Source of the DNA: an uncultured Rhodopila sp.
GTDB lineage: Bacteria > Pseudomonadota > Alphaproteobacteria > Acetobacterales > Acetobacteraceae
Direction of reading: 5' to 3'
DNA length: 64,000 nt
Assembly (NCBI GenBank): GCA_903932145.1
Contig: CAIZFE010000051.1
Span: 4,173-68,172, forward strand
The notes below the pieces were generated by a model, which searched no databases, was not told where the DNA came from, and saw only the letters and a list, made by a program, of their open reading frames with translations. The position numbers and the translations under genes are program-made. Below are positions 41,191-49,836 of this stretch, piece by piece (the first letter of the stretch is position 1; each line of letters starts with the position of its first letter).

Positions 41191-42000
41191 CTAAGGCGCC
41201 GCGAGGATGCCCCGCATCCGGCGTTCCTGGTCCGCCGCGCGAAACAGGTAGGTCGCCGTCGCCGCATAGCGACCGTGCGGCACATAGCCGCAATTGAGCA
41301 ATAACCCGGCGACCGCCCGGAACGCAGGCGTATCGCCGGCTTCGACGACGATATCGGGCAACCATTGTTCGATCGTGGCTTGCGCCCCGCGCAGCACCGC
41401 GGTCTCGGCGCCTTCCACGTCGATTTTCAGCAACCCGATCGGGCCGGCGATGGCGAGGCTGTCGAGACTTCGCACCGGCACCGAACCGGCGCCGAAGGTC
41501 ACGGCGGTGATACCGAGATTGCCGGGAGGCCCGGGTCGTACCGCGGCGACGCCGTCGCTGTCGCCGATGGCGCAACAGCTCGTCAGCACCTGCCGGTCCA
41601 GGCCGTTTGCGGAAATGTTCATCTGCAACAGGCGGTGGTTCGGTTCAAATTGCTCAAACGCATAGACCGGGCATTCAGGACGGCGCCGAAGAAGATTGCG
41701 TGGTTGCCGATATGGCACCGACATCGATGATCGCGGTGCCGGGCCAATAGATCTCCCGGCATTTCATCAGCACATCCAATTCATAAAATGTGCGATTGGT
41801 GCGGATAATCGCTGCCAGGTGATCGGGGTCCGGGTGCGACCACAGTTCGATCCGGCGGCCCATGAAGGTAAAGATGTGCTGCTGCATGCGGGCAGTATGA
41901 GCGGCAAAAATTAATACTTCATTAACGCCGAAAAATTCCTGCCACGCCGAAAAGACGCTGCGACGATTGACACAAGCCTGCGAAGGTTCGGACGGATCAG
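41191..42000 (-). pseudogene. FkbM-family methyltransferase disrupted by two closely spaced frameshifts
   Basis: N-terminal half (...LDVLMKCREIYWPGTAIIDVGA) in one frame (ORF 41675..42073). The motif continues IGNHAIFFGAVLNA in a second frame. The C-terminal half (PVYAFEQFEP...LKIDVEGAE) is in a third frame (ORF 41191..41724). Two +1 shifts lie within about 60 bp near 41700-41760. Confidence 0.55.
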
Positions 42001-42003
42001 CCT

Positions 42004-42519
42004 CTACTTCAATACCGCCAGAGTCGCCAGACCGGAGCCATAAGCCGTAATCAGCACCGCCAGAATGCCCCACATGTAGGTCTTGGTTGGCAGATCCATC
42101 AACTTCTGATGCATTTCAACGCGCAAATCAGAAATGTCCTTGCCCAGGTCGGCCCGCGTGTCCGCGATGTCCTTGGTAAGATCGGCACGCGTGTCCGCGA
42201 TGTCCTTGGCGAGATCGGCGCGCGTGTCCGCGATATCCTTGGCGAGATCGGAGCGCGTGTCCGCGATCTCCTTGGCGAGATCAGTGCGTGTGTCCGCGAT
42301 CTCCTTGGTAATATCCGCGCGCATGCTGGCCATTTCCGCCCTCGTCGCCAATTGCGGCAACGTCGATGTCAACGTCGCATCGATACGGATAATCATAGGC
42401 TCGAGCCGGAACAGCAGCGACTTTACGTCCCGCATTTCTCCTTCAAGCCGGGCCACACGCTCTTCCATGGGAAGAAAATAAGCACCGGTTGTGGACGATT
42501 CAACATAAAAATCAGCCAT
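42004..42519 (-). CDS. Hypothetical tail-anchored membrane protein with six tandem 11-residue (hendecad) repeats K[ED]IADTR[ATS]DLA; DUF1640-like architecture
   Basis: 171 aa. Helical N-terminus, 6x11-aa repeats, C-terminal TM helix (YMWGILAVLITAYGSGLATLAVL). Confidence 0.6.
   Translation of the reverse strand: MADFYVESSTTGAYFLPMEERVARLEGEMRDVKSLLFRLEPMIIRIDATLTSTLPQLATRAEMASMRADITKEIADTRTDLAKEIADTRSDLAKDIADTRADLAKDIADTRADLTKDIADTRADLGKDISDLRVEMHQKLMDLPTKTYMWGILAVLITAYGSGLATLAVLK
42127..42324. repeat. 33-bp tandem repeat array (6 units; units 2-5 near-identical) encoding the hendecad repeats
   Basis: Units begin at 42127, 42160, 42193, 42226, 42259 and 42292. Consensus (plus strand) gtccgcgatgtccttggcgagatcggcgcgcgt. 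Confidence 0.85.
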
Positions 42520-42711
42520 GGCAGCATTTTCCGCGTCAAGAATACTTTGATACGCCGACGCGCATACTATGATGTTCTCGACGGTGATGCCCGCCCGGAC
42601 AATAACCGGGCAACACCCTCAGACCGCCATGGCATCCACAATCCGCGCGTCCCGGGACGCGCGGATCATAGACTGCGATAGTTTAACAAAAAGTTGAGAA
42701 ACCCGCCCCAA

Positions 42712-43143
42712 TCAGGTCGGGTCGGCGGTCAGGCCCGCGGCCGCCAGCCCGGCCAGAGCTGCGAGCTCATCGTTGTCCGACGAATCGCCGGTCACACCGA
42801 TCGCGCCGATGATGCTTTTGTCGTCGCCCCGGATCAATACGCCGCCGGCCACCGGGATCATCGATCCGCCAATCGCATTGTTGACCGCCGCGATGAAATG
42901 CGGCCGTTCGGTGGCCCGCACGCCGATCGTGCGCGATCCCACGCCCATCGACAGCGCGCCATAGGCCTTACCGATCGCGATATCGGCGCGGCGCAGAGCG
43001 GTACCTTCCTCGGCCGCATACGCCTTCAGCACGCCGCGCGCATCCAGCACGGCGACAGCCATCGGCGACAGGCTCTTGCCGCGCGAGAATTCCAGCGCCG
43101 CGGTGATCGCGATCTGCGCCTTGGCCAATGTCAGTTGTGTCAT
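42712..43143 (-). CDS. GlcG/HbpS-like (DUF336) heme-binding protein
   Basis: 143 aa from ATG 43143. DUF336 pattern (GGxxIxxGGxxIGAIGVSG: IGAIGVTGDSSDNDE). Confidence 0.7.
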   Translation of the reverse strand: MTQLTLAKAQIAITAALEFSRGKSLSPMAVAVLDARGVLKAYAAEEGTALRRADIAIGKAYGALSMGVGSRTIGVRATERPHFIAAVNNAIGGSMIPVAGGVLIRGDDKSIIGAIGVTGDSSDNDELAALAGLAAAGLTADPT

Positions 43144-43168
43144 GCAGTCTTTCCCCAAAAATCGAACG

Positions 43169-44350
43169 CTACAGGAATAGCCCATCCGGGTCGCCGTTGA
43201 ACATGGCCTTCCCCACTGCCTCGAAATGCGAATCGCGGGACTGAATTTGCTGCGACAGGGTGTGGATATCGCGAAACCGGCGTTCGAACGGGGTGCCGCG
43301 GAAGATGGCGGAGGTGCCGGCGGCCTTGAAGACATAGTCCGCGACCTCGATCGCCGCCCCGATCGCGTGGGCGCACCCAAGACGCACGCGGACCCGGGCT
43401 TGCAGATCGATCGGGGCGATGTCGTCCGCCCCGGCCCAGACGTCTTTCAATATCTCGACCAGCCACGCTCGGGCAGAGCCGAGCGAGGCTTCGCGCCGGG
43501 CGACATCGGCCTGCACGACGGGACTGTCGGCAAGACGTTGCAGACCGCGCGGGGTTTTCTCGGCGGCCAGCACGATGAACTCGTCCAGCATGGCGCGCGC
43601 GATGCCCAATGCGACCCCAACCACGCCGACGGCATACAGACCCGCCATCGTGAACGCATACAGCGGCCCGGCATCGCGGCGCAGCGCCGGGTCCTCGCGC
43701 GTTCCGCTATAAGCTTCGGGAACGAACAGATCGGTGACGCGATACCCCTCGGACGCGGTGCCGCGCATGCCGATTGTGTTCCAATCCTGGATTGGCTGCG
43801 TATGTTCCTTGCGAAACAGCAGGGTACGGATGGTGGTGCGCCCGAAGCGGTTCAGCCGCAGCGAGCCATCGGATTCGATCACCTGACAGTGCGCACCGAG
43901 CCAGTTGGCCTGCCGGCTGCCGCTGGCGAAGTGCCACTCGCCACTGACCTGGTAGCCGCCGGGAACGGCCAGTGCCTTGTATTGGTTGGGCGGCCCCCAG
44001 GAGATCCAGGCGCGCGGATCGGCGAAGATGTCCGTCGCGGTTTCCAGCGGAATGAACGGAGCGATCAGGGCGGCGCTGTTGGCGACAAAAAGGTTCCAGC
44101 CCACGGACCCGTCGTGGCGGCTGATTGCCTCGATCGCGTGGAGATACGTCCAGGGATCGATCTGATCGCCTCCCACCGAACGCGGTAGCAGCATACGAGC
44201 CAGCCGTGAGTCGTGGATCTGCGTCAGCAGCGGTTCGGGGATCGCCTGTGTGCGTTCGATCTCATCGGCGGCGGCGATGATTGCCGGCCCGAGGTCGCGA
44301 GCGCGGGCGACCGGATCGAGGCCAGCCGATCGGATACTGAGATGGTTCAT
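43169..44350 (-). CDS. Acyl-CoA-dehydrogenase-fold flavin-dependent monooxygenase (HsaA/DszC/SfnB-like)
   Basis: 393 aa. ACAD N/M/C domain architecture lacking the CoA-ester catalytic glutamate context. Typically paired with small GlcG-like proteins. Confidence 0.65.
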   Translation of the reverse strand: MNHLSIRSAGLDPVARARDLGPAIIAAADEIERTQAIPEPLLTQIHDSRLARMLLPRSVGGDQIDPWTYLHAIEAISRHDGSVGWNLFVANSAALIAPFIPLETATDIFADPRAWISWGPPNQYKALAVPGGYQVSGEWHFASGSRQANWLGAHCQVIESDGSLRLNRFGRTTIRTLLFRKEHTQPIQDWNTIGMRGTASEGYRVTDLFVPEAYSGTREDPALRRDAGPLYAFTMAGLYAVGVVGVALGIARAMLDEFIVLAAEKTPRGLQRLADSPVVQADVARREASLGSARAWLVEILKDVWAGADDIAPIDLQARVRVRLGCAHAIGAAIEVADYVFKAAGTSAIFRGTPFERRFRDIHTLSQQIQSRDSHFEAVGKAMFNGDPDGLFL

Positions 44351-44485
44351 TGGGACGCTCCCTGCGTCTTGCTTGAACGATTAGCCCCTCGGAGCCGCAA
44401 ACTTGTCAATGTCCGCCGGATTGCAGGCGCCTTCGCACGGCATGGTTCATTGAACAGAACGGCAGGTTCCGCTACCAATCGCAAC

Positions 44486-45160
44486 ATGCGCATATTGCCG
44501 ATCCTCAGTGCCGCCGTCCTGACCGTATCACCTGCCGCGTTCGCGCAGGTTACGGTTGATCTCCACGCATTACAGGCGCTGCCGGAGCATGCCGGGACGA
44601 CCCACCCCGCACAGCCATCCGCCCCCAGAACCCAAACCGTCGTGACCCGCGTCACGCCGTTACCAACCACGCAAACCCCGGCCGCGCCCCAGCCCGCCAT
44701 GCCCGAGGCCGTCCCCGAAACCGCCACCGTCGAGCCAATCGCGCCCGCTCTGCCGTCGTCCGGCATGCCTCCGCCACCGCCGCCCCCCGTGTCGGACACC
44801 GCCAAGACCACGGCCGCGGCGACCACCGCCGGCCTGCGCCTGACCTTCGCGCCCGGCGCCTCCGACCTCAGCCCGGACAGCAGCGAGTCGATCAAAAAAT
44901 TGATTCAGACGACGCCGCCGACCGACACGACGACCTACACCGTGCTGGCTTACGCACCGGGCAAACCGGATGACCCATCCACTGCCCGCCGGATTTCGTT
45001 GTCGCGGGCGATGGCGGTGCGAAGCGCCCTGCTCGCCGACGGCATCCCATCCGCCCGCATCGCCGCCCGCGCACTGGGCGAACAGTTCGGCGACGGGCCA
45101 CCCGATCGCGTCGATGTTAACGTGACCGGTGCAACCCCCAACACGGCCCCATCGCAATGA
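44486..45160 (+). CDS. OmpA-family peptidoglycan-binding protein with signal peptide and Pro-rich linker
   Basis: Start MRILPILSAAVLTVSPAAFA (ATG 44486). PPPPPPP linker. C-terminal OmpA-like domain (YTVLAYAPGKPDD...ISLSRAMAVRSAL). Stop overlaps the next ATG (ATGA). Confidence 0.7.
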   Translation: MRILPILSAAVLTVSPAAFAQVTVDLHALQALPEHAGTTHPAQPSAPRTQTVVTRVTPLPTTQTPAAPQPAMPEAVPETATVEPIAPALPSSGMPPPPPPPVSDTAKTTAAATTAGLRLTFAPGASDLSPDSSESIKKLIQTTPPTDTTTYTVLAYAPGKPDDPSTARRISLSRAMAVRSALLADGIPSARIAARALGEQFGDGPPDRVDVNVTGATPNTAPSQ

Positions 45161-46299
45161 CCCGCCCATCCGGCTACCTCATCCGCATGCTGGCCTTCCT
45201 GGTGGCGGTCGGGGTGGCCGCCGCACTGCTGTCACCCGTCCTGATCACCGCGTTCTTCAACAATCCCGTGCTGAACAGCCTGATCCTGCTGATCCTGCTG
45301 CTGGGCATTGGCTGGAACCTCAATCAGGTCGTCCGATTGCGCCCGGAAGTGGTATGGCTGGAAACCTACCAGACCTCCCGCAGCCGGTTGGCGGCCCTGC
45401 CCTCCCCGCGTCTGCTGGCGCCGATGGCCAGCATGCTGGCGATGCGCGAAGGCAAGGGCGGAGACGGCGGGCGGCATTTCACCCTGTCCGCGACCGGCAT
45501 GCGCAGTCTGCTGGATGGGATTTCCTCGCGTCTGGACGAAAGCCGGGAACTCTCCCGCTACATGACCAGCCTGCTGATCTTCCTCGGCCTGCTCGGCACG
45601 TTCTGGGGCCTGCTGCAAACGGTCACGTCGGTATCGGATGTCATTGGCAGCATGTCGCTGGGCAATGGCGACATGAACCTGATGTTCGACCAGTTGAAGT
45701 CCGGGCTGGCGAAACCGCTGCACGGCATGGGCACCGCTTTCTCGGCCAGCATGTACGGTCTGGCGGGAGCGCTCGTGCTGGGCTTCCTTGATCTGACCGC
45801 CGGCCAGGCGCAGAACCGGTTTTTTAACGAACTGGAAGAATGGCTTGCCGGCCTCACCCGTCTGGCATCCGGTGCGCTGGCCGAGGGCGACGGTTCGGTC
45901 CCGGTCTATGTCCAGGCGCTGCTGGAACAGACCGCCGAGAACATGGAAAACCTGCAACAGATTTTGACGCGGGATGAGGACAACCGCATCCGCGCCAACC
46001 AGACCGCGATGACCCTGAACGACCGGCTCGCCGCTCTGAGTGACACCATGCGGTCGAGCCAGCAACTGATGTTGCGGATCGCGGAGACCCAGACCGCACT
46101 GGGGCCGGCGCTGCAACGGCTGGCCGATGTGCAGGGCGGCGACGAAGCCAGCCGCGACCACCTGCGCAACATTGAAATTTACCTCCAACGGCTGGTCGCG
46201 GAAAACGAGCAGGGTCGCACCCGAGCGACCACCGATTTGCGCAATGATTTGCGCCTGTTGACCCGCACGGTCGCCGCCCTGGCCGAACCTCCCCGGTAA
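45157..46299 (+). CDS. MotA/TolQ/ExbB-family proton-channel protein with about 170-aa C-terminal helical tail
   Basis: 380 aa. Four TM helices in MotA/ExbB arrangement (TM3-TM4 LLIFLGLLGTFWGLL / MGTAFSASMYGLAGALVLGFL) followed by a long predicted alpha-helical cytoplasmic extension. Confidence 0.75.
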   Translation: MTRPSGYLIRMLAFLVAVGVAAALLSPVLITAFFNNPVLNSLILLILLLGIGWNLNQVVRLRPEVVWLETYQTSRSRLAALPSPRLLAPMASMLAMREGKGGDGGRHFTLSATGMRSLLDGISSRLDESRELSRYMTSLLIFLGLLGTFWGLLQTVTSVSDVIGSMSLGNGDMNLMFDQLKSGLAKPLHGMGTAFSASMYGLAGALVLGFLDLTAGQAQNRFFNELEEWLAGLTRLASGALAEGDGSVPVYVQALLEQTAENMENLQQILTRDEDNRIRANQTAMTLNDRLAALSDTMRSSQQLMLRIAETQTALGPALQRLADVQGGDEASRDHLRNIEIYLQRLVAENEQGRTRATTDLRNDLRLLTRTVAALAEPPR

Positions 46300-46305
46300 T
46301 CGATC

Positions 46306-47586
46306 ATGGCAGCTCGGACTCGCAGGAACGGCGGCAACGGTCTGGATGCGTGGCCCGGCTATGTGGACGCGCTGTCGACACTGCTGATGGTCATCATTTT
46401 CGTGCTGTTGGTGTTCGTGCTGGCGCAGGCGTTTCTGACCGTGGCGCTGTCGGGCCGCAGTCATGAACTGGACAAGGCGCAACAGGACCTCTCCGCCCTG
46501 GCCGACGCGTTATCGCTGGAGCGCGGCAAGTCGGCCGACCTTCAGACATCGGTGTCGCAACTCGGTAAGGAACTGTCCGAGCGCTCGGCGGAACGGGACA
46601 GGCTGTCGTCACAGCTTGCCGATGTGACCAAGGCGTTCGAAGCCGCCTCGTCGGCGAATGCACGGTTGAACACTCAGTTGGCCGATACCACCGGGCAGGC
46701 CGACGCCGCCCGCGCGCAGTTGGCGGAGATGCAGAAGCAGATCGCCGAACTGGACCGGACGATCGCGATCGGCAAGGACACCTTGCAGGCGAAAATCTCC
46801 GATCTGGCGACACTGGCCAACCAGGCGCGCGCCTTGACGGCCTTGCGCGACGAGTTGGAGAAGCAGGCACAGGATGCCGCCGCACGGGCGATGACCGAGC
46901 AGCAGCGGCGGGAGGCGGTGCAGATTCAGTTGGCGGATGAGAAGAAACTGGGGGACAGCGCGCGGGCCCAGATCGCGCTGTTGAATCAGCAGATCGACCA
47001 GTTGAAAACGCAGCTCACGGCGATCTCGTCCAGCCTGGAGCTGACCCAGCAGCAGAACCAGGCGAAGGACGCGCAGATCGCCAACCTCGGCCAGCGGCTG
47101 AACGTCGCGCTGGCGGCGAAGGTGGAGGAATTGCAGCACTATCGCAGTGAGTTCTTCGGCAAGCTGCGCACGTTACTGTCCAACCGATCCGGCATCACCG
47201 TGGTCGGTGATCGGTTCGTGTTCCAGAGCGAGGTGCTGTTTCCGGTTGGCAGTGCTGATCTGACCGCCGCCGGGGTCGCGCAGATGACCACGCTGGCGAT
47301 CACGATCAAGGACATTGCGTCAGAGATCCCGCCCGATCTGCACTGGATTCTGCGGGTGGACGGCCACACCGATCCACAACCGGTGAAGGGCGGACAGTTT
47401 CCGTCCAACTGGGAATTGTCGGCGGAGCGAGCGATCACGGTGGTCCGGTTGCTGATTGCCGATGGTGTGCCGGCCGAACATCTCGCCGCGACCGCCTTTG
47501 GCGAATACCAGCCGTTTGGTCCGGGCGAGACGCCGGACGCCTACGCGAAGGACCGGCGGATTGAATTGCGCCTGACCGATCGGTAG
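46306..47586 (+). CDS. MotB/TolR-like TM anchor + about 250-aa coiled coil + C-terminal OmpA/MotB peptidoglycan-binding domain
   Basis: 426 aa. Conserved channel Asp in YVDALSTLLMVIIF (MotB D32-equivalent). Q/A/L-rich heptad region from about 60 to 300. OmpA_C-like end (NWELSAERAITV...). Confidence 0.75.
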   Translation: MAARTRRNGGNGLDAWPGYVDALSTLLMVIIFVLLVFVLAQAFLTVALSGRSHELDKAQQDLSALADALSLERGKSADLQTSVSQLGKELSERSAERDRLSSQLADVTKAFEAASSANARLNTQLADTTGQADAARAQLAEMQKQIAELDRTIAIGKDTLQAKISDLATLANQARALTALRDELEKQAQDAAARAMTEQQRREAVQIQLADEKKLGDSARAQIALLNQQIDQLKTQLTAISSSLELTQQQNQAKDAQIANLGQRLNVALAAKVEELQHYRSEFFGKLRTLLSNRSGITVVGDRFVFQSEVLFPVGSADLTAAGVAQMTTLAITIKDIASEIPPDLHWILRVDGHTDPQPVKGGQFPSNWELSAERAITVVRLLIADGVPAEHLAATAFGEYQPFGPGETPDAYAKDRRIELRLTDR

Positions 47587-47609
47587 CGCGGAAGCCAACG
47601 CTAATCGCT

Positions 47610-47692
47610 CCCGTCATGGCCCGGCTTGGCCGGGCCACCTGTCGCGGCACCGCCAGGTCATAGGTGGCCCGGACAAGCCGGGCCATGACGGG
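47610..47692. repeat. Pair of REP-like 31-bp palindromic elements in inverted orientation (BIME-like)
   Basis: CCCGTCATGGCCCGGCTTGGCCGGGCCACCT (47610-47640) and its near-perfect reverse complement (47662-47692). Each unit is internally palindromic. Related copies at 53653-53682, 55320-55350 and 55432-55460. Confidence 0.8.
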
Positions 47693-47997
47693 TCGGGGGG
47701 ACCCGAAATGATTTCGGGCAGCCGGACAATATCTCGGGCAGAAAATCCAAAGGCCCCGGACATAAGTCCGAGGCCCTTGCATTGTTGTGGTCGTCCGTTG
47801 CCGGACCGGAGTCTGATTAAGCCGACGTTCTCGCGCCGGCGATCCAGGTCATGGCAAAGGTTGCCACCGAACAATGAGACACAGGATCACCTCCTTTCTG
47901 TTGTTGACCACGGAAGCTTGCTCCCGATTCGCCCGATTTGGCAAGAAAATCCAACATGCTGCTATAAATCTTTCGAACACTCGAGGGAGGCATCAAA

Positions 47998-49167
47998 ATG
48001 ATCCAGGGAGTCCACCGCTATCCGCCAATGGAGCGGGTGATCTACGGCATCCCGCTGGCCGAAGCGCTGGCTGATGAAGTCAAGCGCCTCGACGCGCGCG
48101 CTATTTACGTCATGGCCAGTGGCACCTTGAACCGCGAAACCGATGTGATCGACACCGTCCGCCAAGTGCTGGGCAACCGCATGGCGGGCCTGTGTGCGAA
48201 AATCGGCTCCCACACCCCGCGCATCGACGTCGTGGCGGCGGCGAATGAGGCGCGCGCCGTGAAGGCCGACCTGATCCTGACCGTCGGCGGCGGATCGGTG
48301 ACCGATGCCGCGAAGATGGTCGGGATCTGTCTGGGCAACGATGTCACGGCACCGGAACAGCTTGACCGGTTCAGGGCGGTCATCACCGCCGACGGCAAAT
48401 CCGAACGCCCGCCGCTGAAGCCGCCAGCGCTACGTTCGGTCGATGTGCCCACCACCCTGTCCGCCGGCGAGTTCACCGCGATGGCCGGCTGCACCGACAC
48501 CGTGCGCAACGTGAAAGAAAGCTACGCGCATCCGCTAATGATGCCGCAGGCGGTGATCCTTGATCCGGCGGTCACGATCCACACGCCGGAATGGCTGTTC
48601 CTGTCCACCGGCATCCGCGCGGTGGATCATGCGGTGGAAGATATCTGTTCCATCAACCCGACACCGTTCTCGGACGGGATGTCGTTGCAGGCGTTACGAT
48701 TGCTCTCCTCCGGCCTCCCTGCGGTGAAAGCCAATCCCGGCGATATGGAGGCTCGGTTGAACTGCCAGTTGGGCGCCTGGATGTCGATCATGGGATCGCA
48801 GAACGGCGTCGCCAAAGGCGCCAGCCACGGAATCGGCCATGTGCTCGGTGGCACCGCCCATGTGCCGCATGGCTATACGTCCTGCGTGATGCTGCCACAT
48901 GTCCTGCGGTTCAACGAACCCGTCAACGCCGAACGTCAGAAATGGGTCAGTGAGGCACTCGGCCGTTCCGGTTTGTCCGCGGGCGATGCCGTGGCGGCAC
49001 TGATTGCCAGCCTGGGTCTGCCGGGAACCTTGCGCGATGTCGGGGTCAAACCGGAACAACTCAACGAAATCGCGGTCGGGTCGATGCATGATCGCTGGGT
49101 CCACACCAATCCGAGGAAGATCGACGGACCACCGGCGGTGCGGGCTCTCCTGGACGCGGCGTGGTAG
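47998..49167 (+). CDS. Iron-containing alcohol dehydrogenase family (maleylacetate reductase-like)
   Basis: 389 aa. Fe-ADH GGGS motif (LTVGGGSVTDAAK), His-rich metal site. GGGAGG RBS. Confidence 0.85.
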   Translation: MIQGVHRYPPMERVIYGIPLAEALADEVKRLDARAIYVMASGTLNRETDVIDTVRQVLGNRMAGLCAKIGSHTPRIDVVAAANEARAVKADLILTVGGGSVTDAAKMVGICLGNDVTAPEQLDRFRAVITADGKSERPPLKPPALRSVDVPTTLSAGEFTAMAGCTDTVRNVKESYAHPLMMPQAVILDPAVTIHTPEWLFLSTGIRAVDHAVEDICSINPTPFSDGMSLQALRLLSSGLPAVKANPGDMEARLNCQLGAWMSIMGSQNGVAKGASHGIGHVLGGTAHVPHGYTSCVMLPHVLRFNEPVNAERQKWVSEALGRSGLSAGDAVAALIASLGLPGTLRDVGVKPEQLNEIAVGSMHDRWVHTNPRKIDGPPAVRALLDAAW

Positions 49168-49396
49168 GACGGGGTGCCGGGCGATTCGCTAAGATAGGGG
49201 CGAACGGTCCAAACCATATGGCGCGGCGGACATGCATTGGTTGGTCGCGTATCCAACTGGCACAGCGAGTGCGGCTGGATGGAAAAAGAGGCCTACACAA
49301 TCTGCCAGGGCTACGTTCGGTGTCCGGCCCCTGATCCAAAGGTCAGTCCGCCGACTGAGATTTCTACCCGGTTTCCATCAACAACAGAGGCAAGCG

Positions 49397-49654
49397 ATGG
49401 CATTGCAATTAGGGGCTTTGCGTGACGCATTGGTTGAGGCTGGCGTCAGCGAGGCCAACGCCAAGGCGGCATCGGAAGAAGTCGCCGGTTATGAAAACCG
49501 CCTGACGCGCTTGACAACGATGGTTCAGGCGATGATCGCGATCGGAATGCTGCTGCTGGCATCACAGGGAACGATCTGGCTGGAGCTTGGAAAGCTGAGC
49601 AGTAAGATCGACCAGATCGGCATCAAGATCGACCAGATCGGAGCACGCCGGTGA
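49397..49654 (+). CDS. Small tail-anchored helical protein (DUF1640-like), with a 21-bp tandem duplication at the 3' end
   Basis: 85 aa from ATG 49397 (AGAGG RBS). Hydrophobic segment MVQAMIAIGMLLLA. C-terminal KIDQIG x2 encoded by a tandem 21-bp repeat (49604-49645). Confidence 0.45.
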   Translation: MALQLGALRDALVEAGVSEANAKAASEEVAGYENRLTRLTTMVQAMIAIGMLLLASQGTIWLELGKLSSKIDQIGIKIDQIGARR

Positions 49655-49836
49655 ACACGACCATGAGGTTTCTCTGAATCGCCGCTGGCTTGCCGGGACG
49701 GGCCTCGGTTCCGGGTCACCCAATGCACCAGTTTGGCGCGCCAACAGAAACCCGACAGAGGCCAGCGGACAGGCCAGTTAGCGACATCGCTTGCCGGGCC
49801 TCCCCGCCGGTGTAATAACGTCAGAACAGGACACAG

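Noticed and set aside
45232-46482. 416-aa minus-strand ORF across the MotA-like/MotB-like genes
   Set aside because: Antisense shadow ORF. The plus-strand genes carry clear TM/OmpA features.
45157-47586. Calling the MotA/MotB-like pair a Zorya ZorAB system
   Set aside because: No ZorC/ZorD/ZorE-like genes follow. The long coiled coil is on the MotB-like periplasmic side rather than as a ZorA cytoplasmic tail of about 500 aa. Only the general stator-with-extension architecture is shared.
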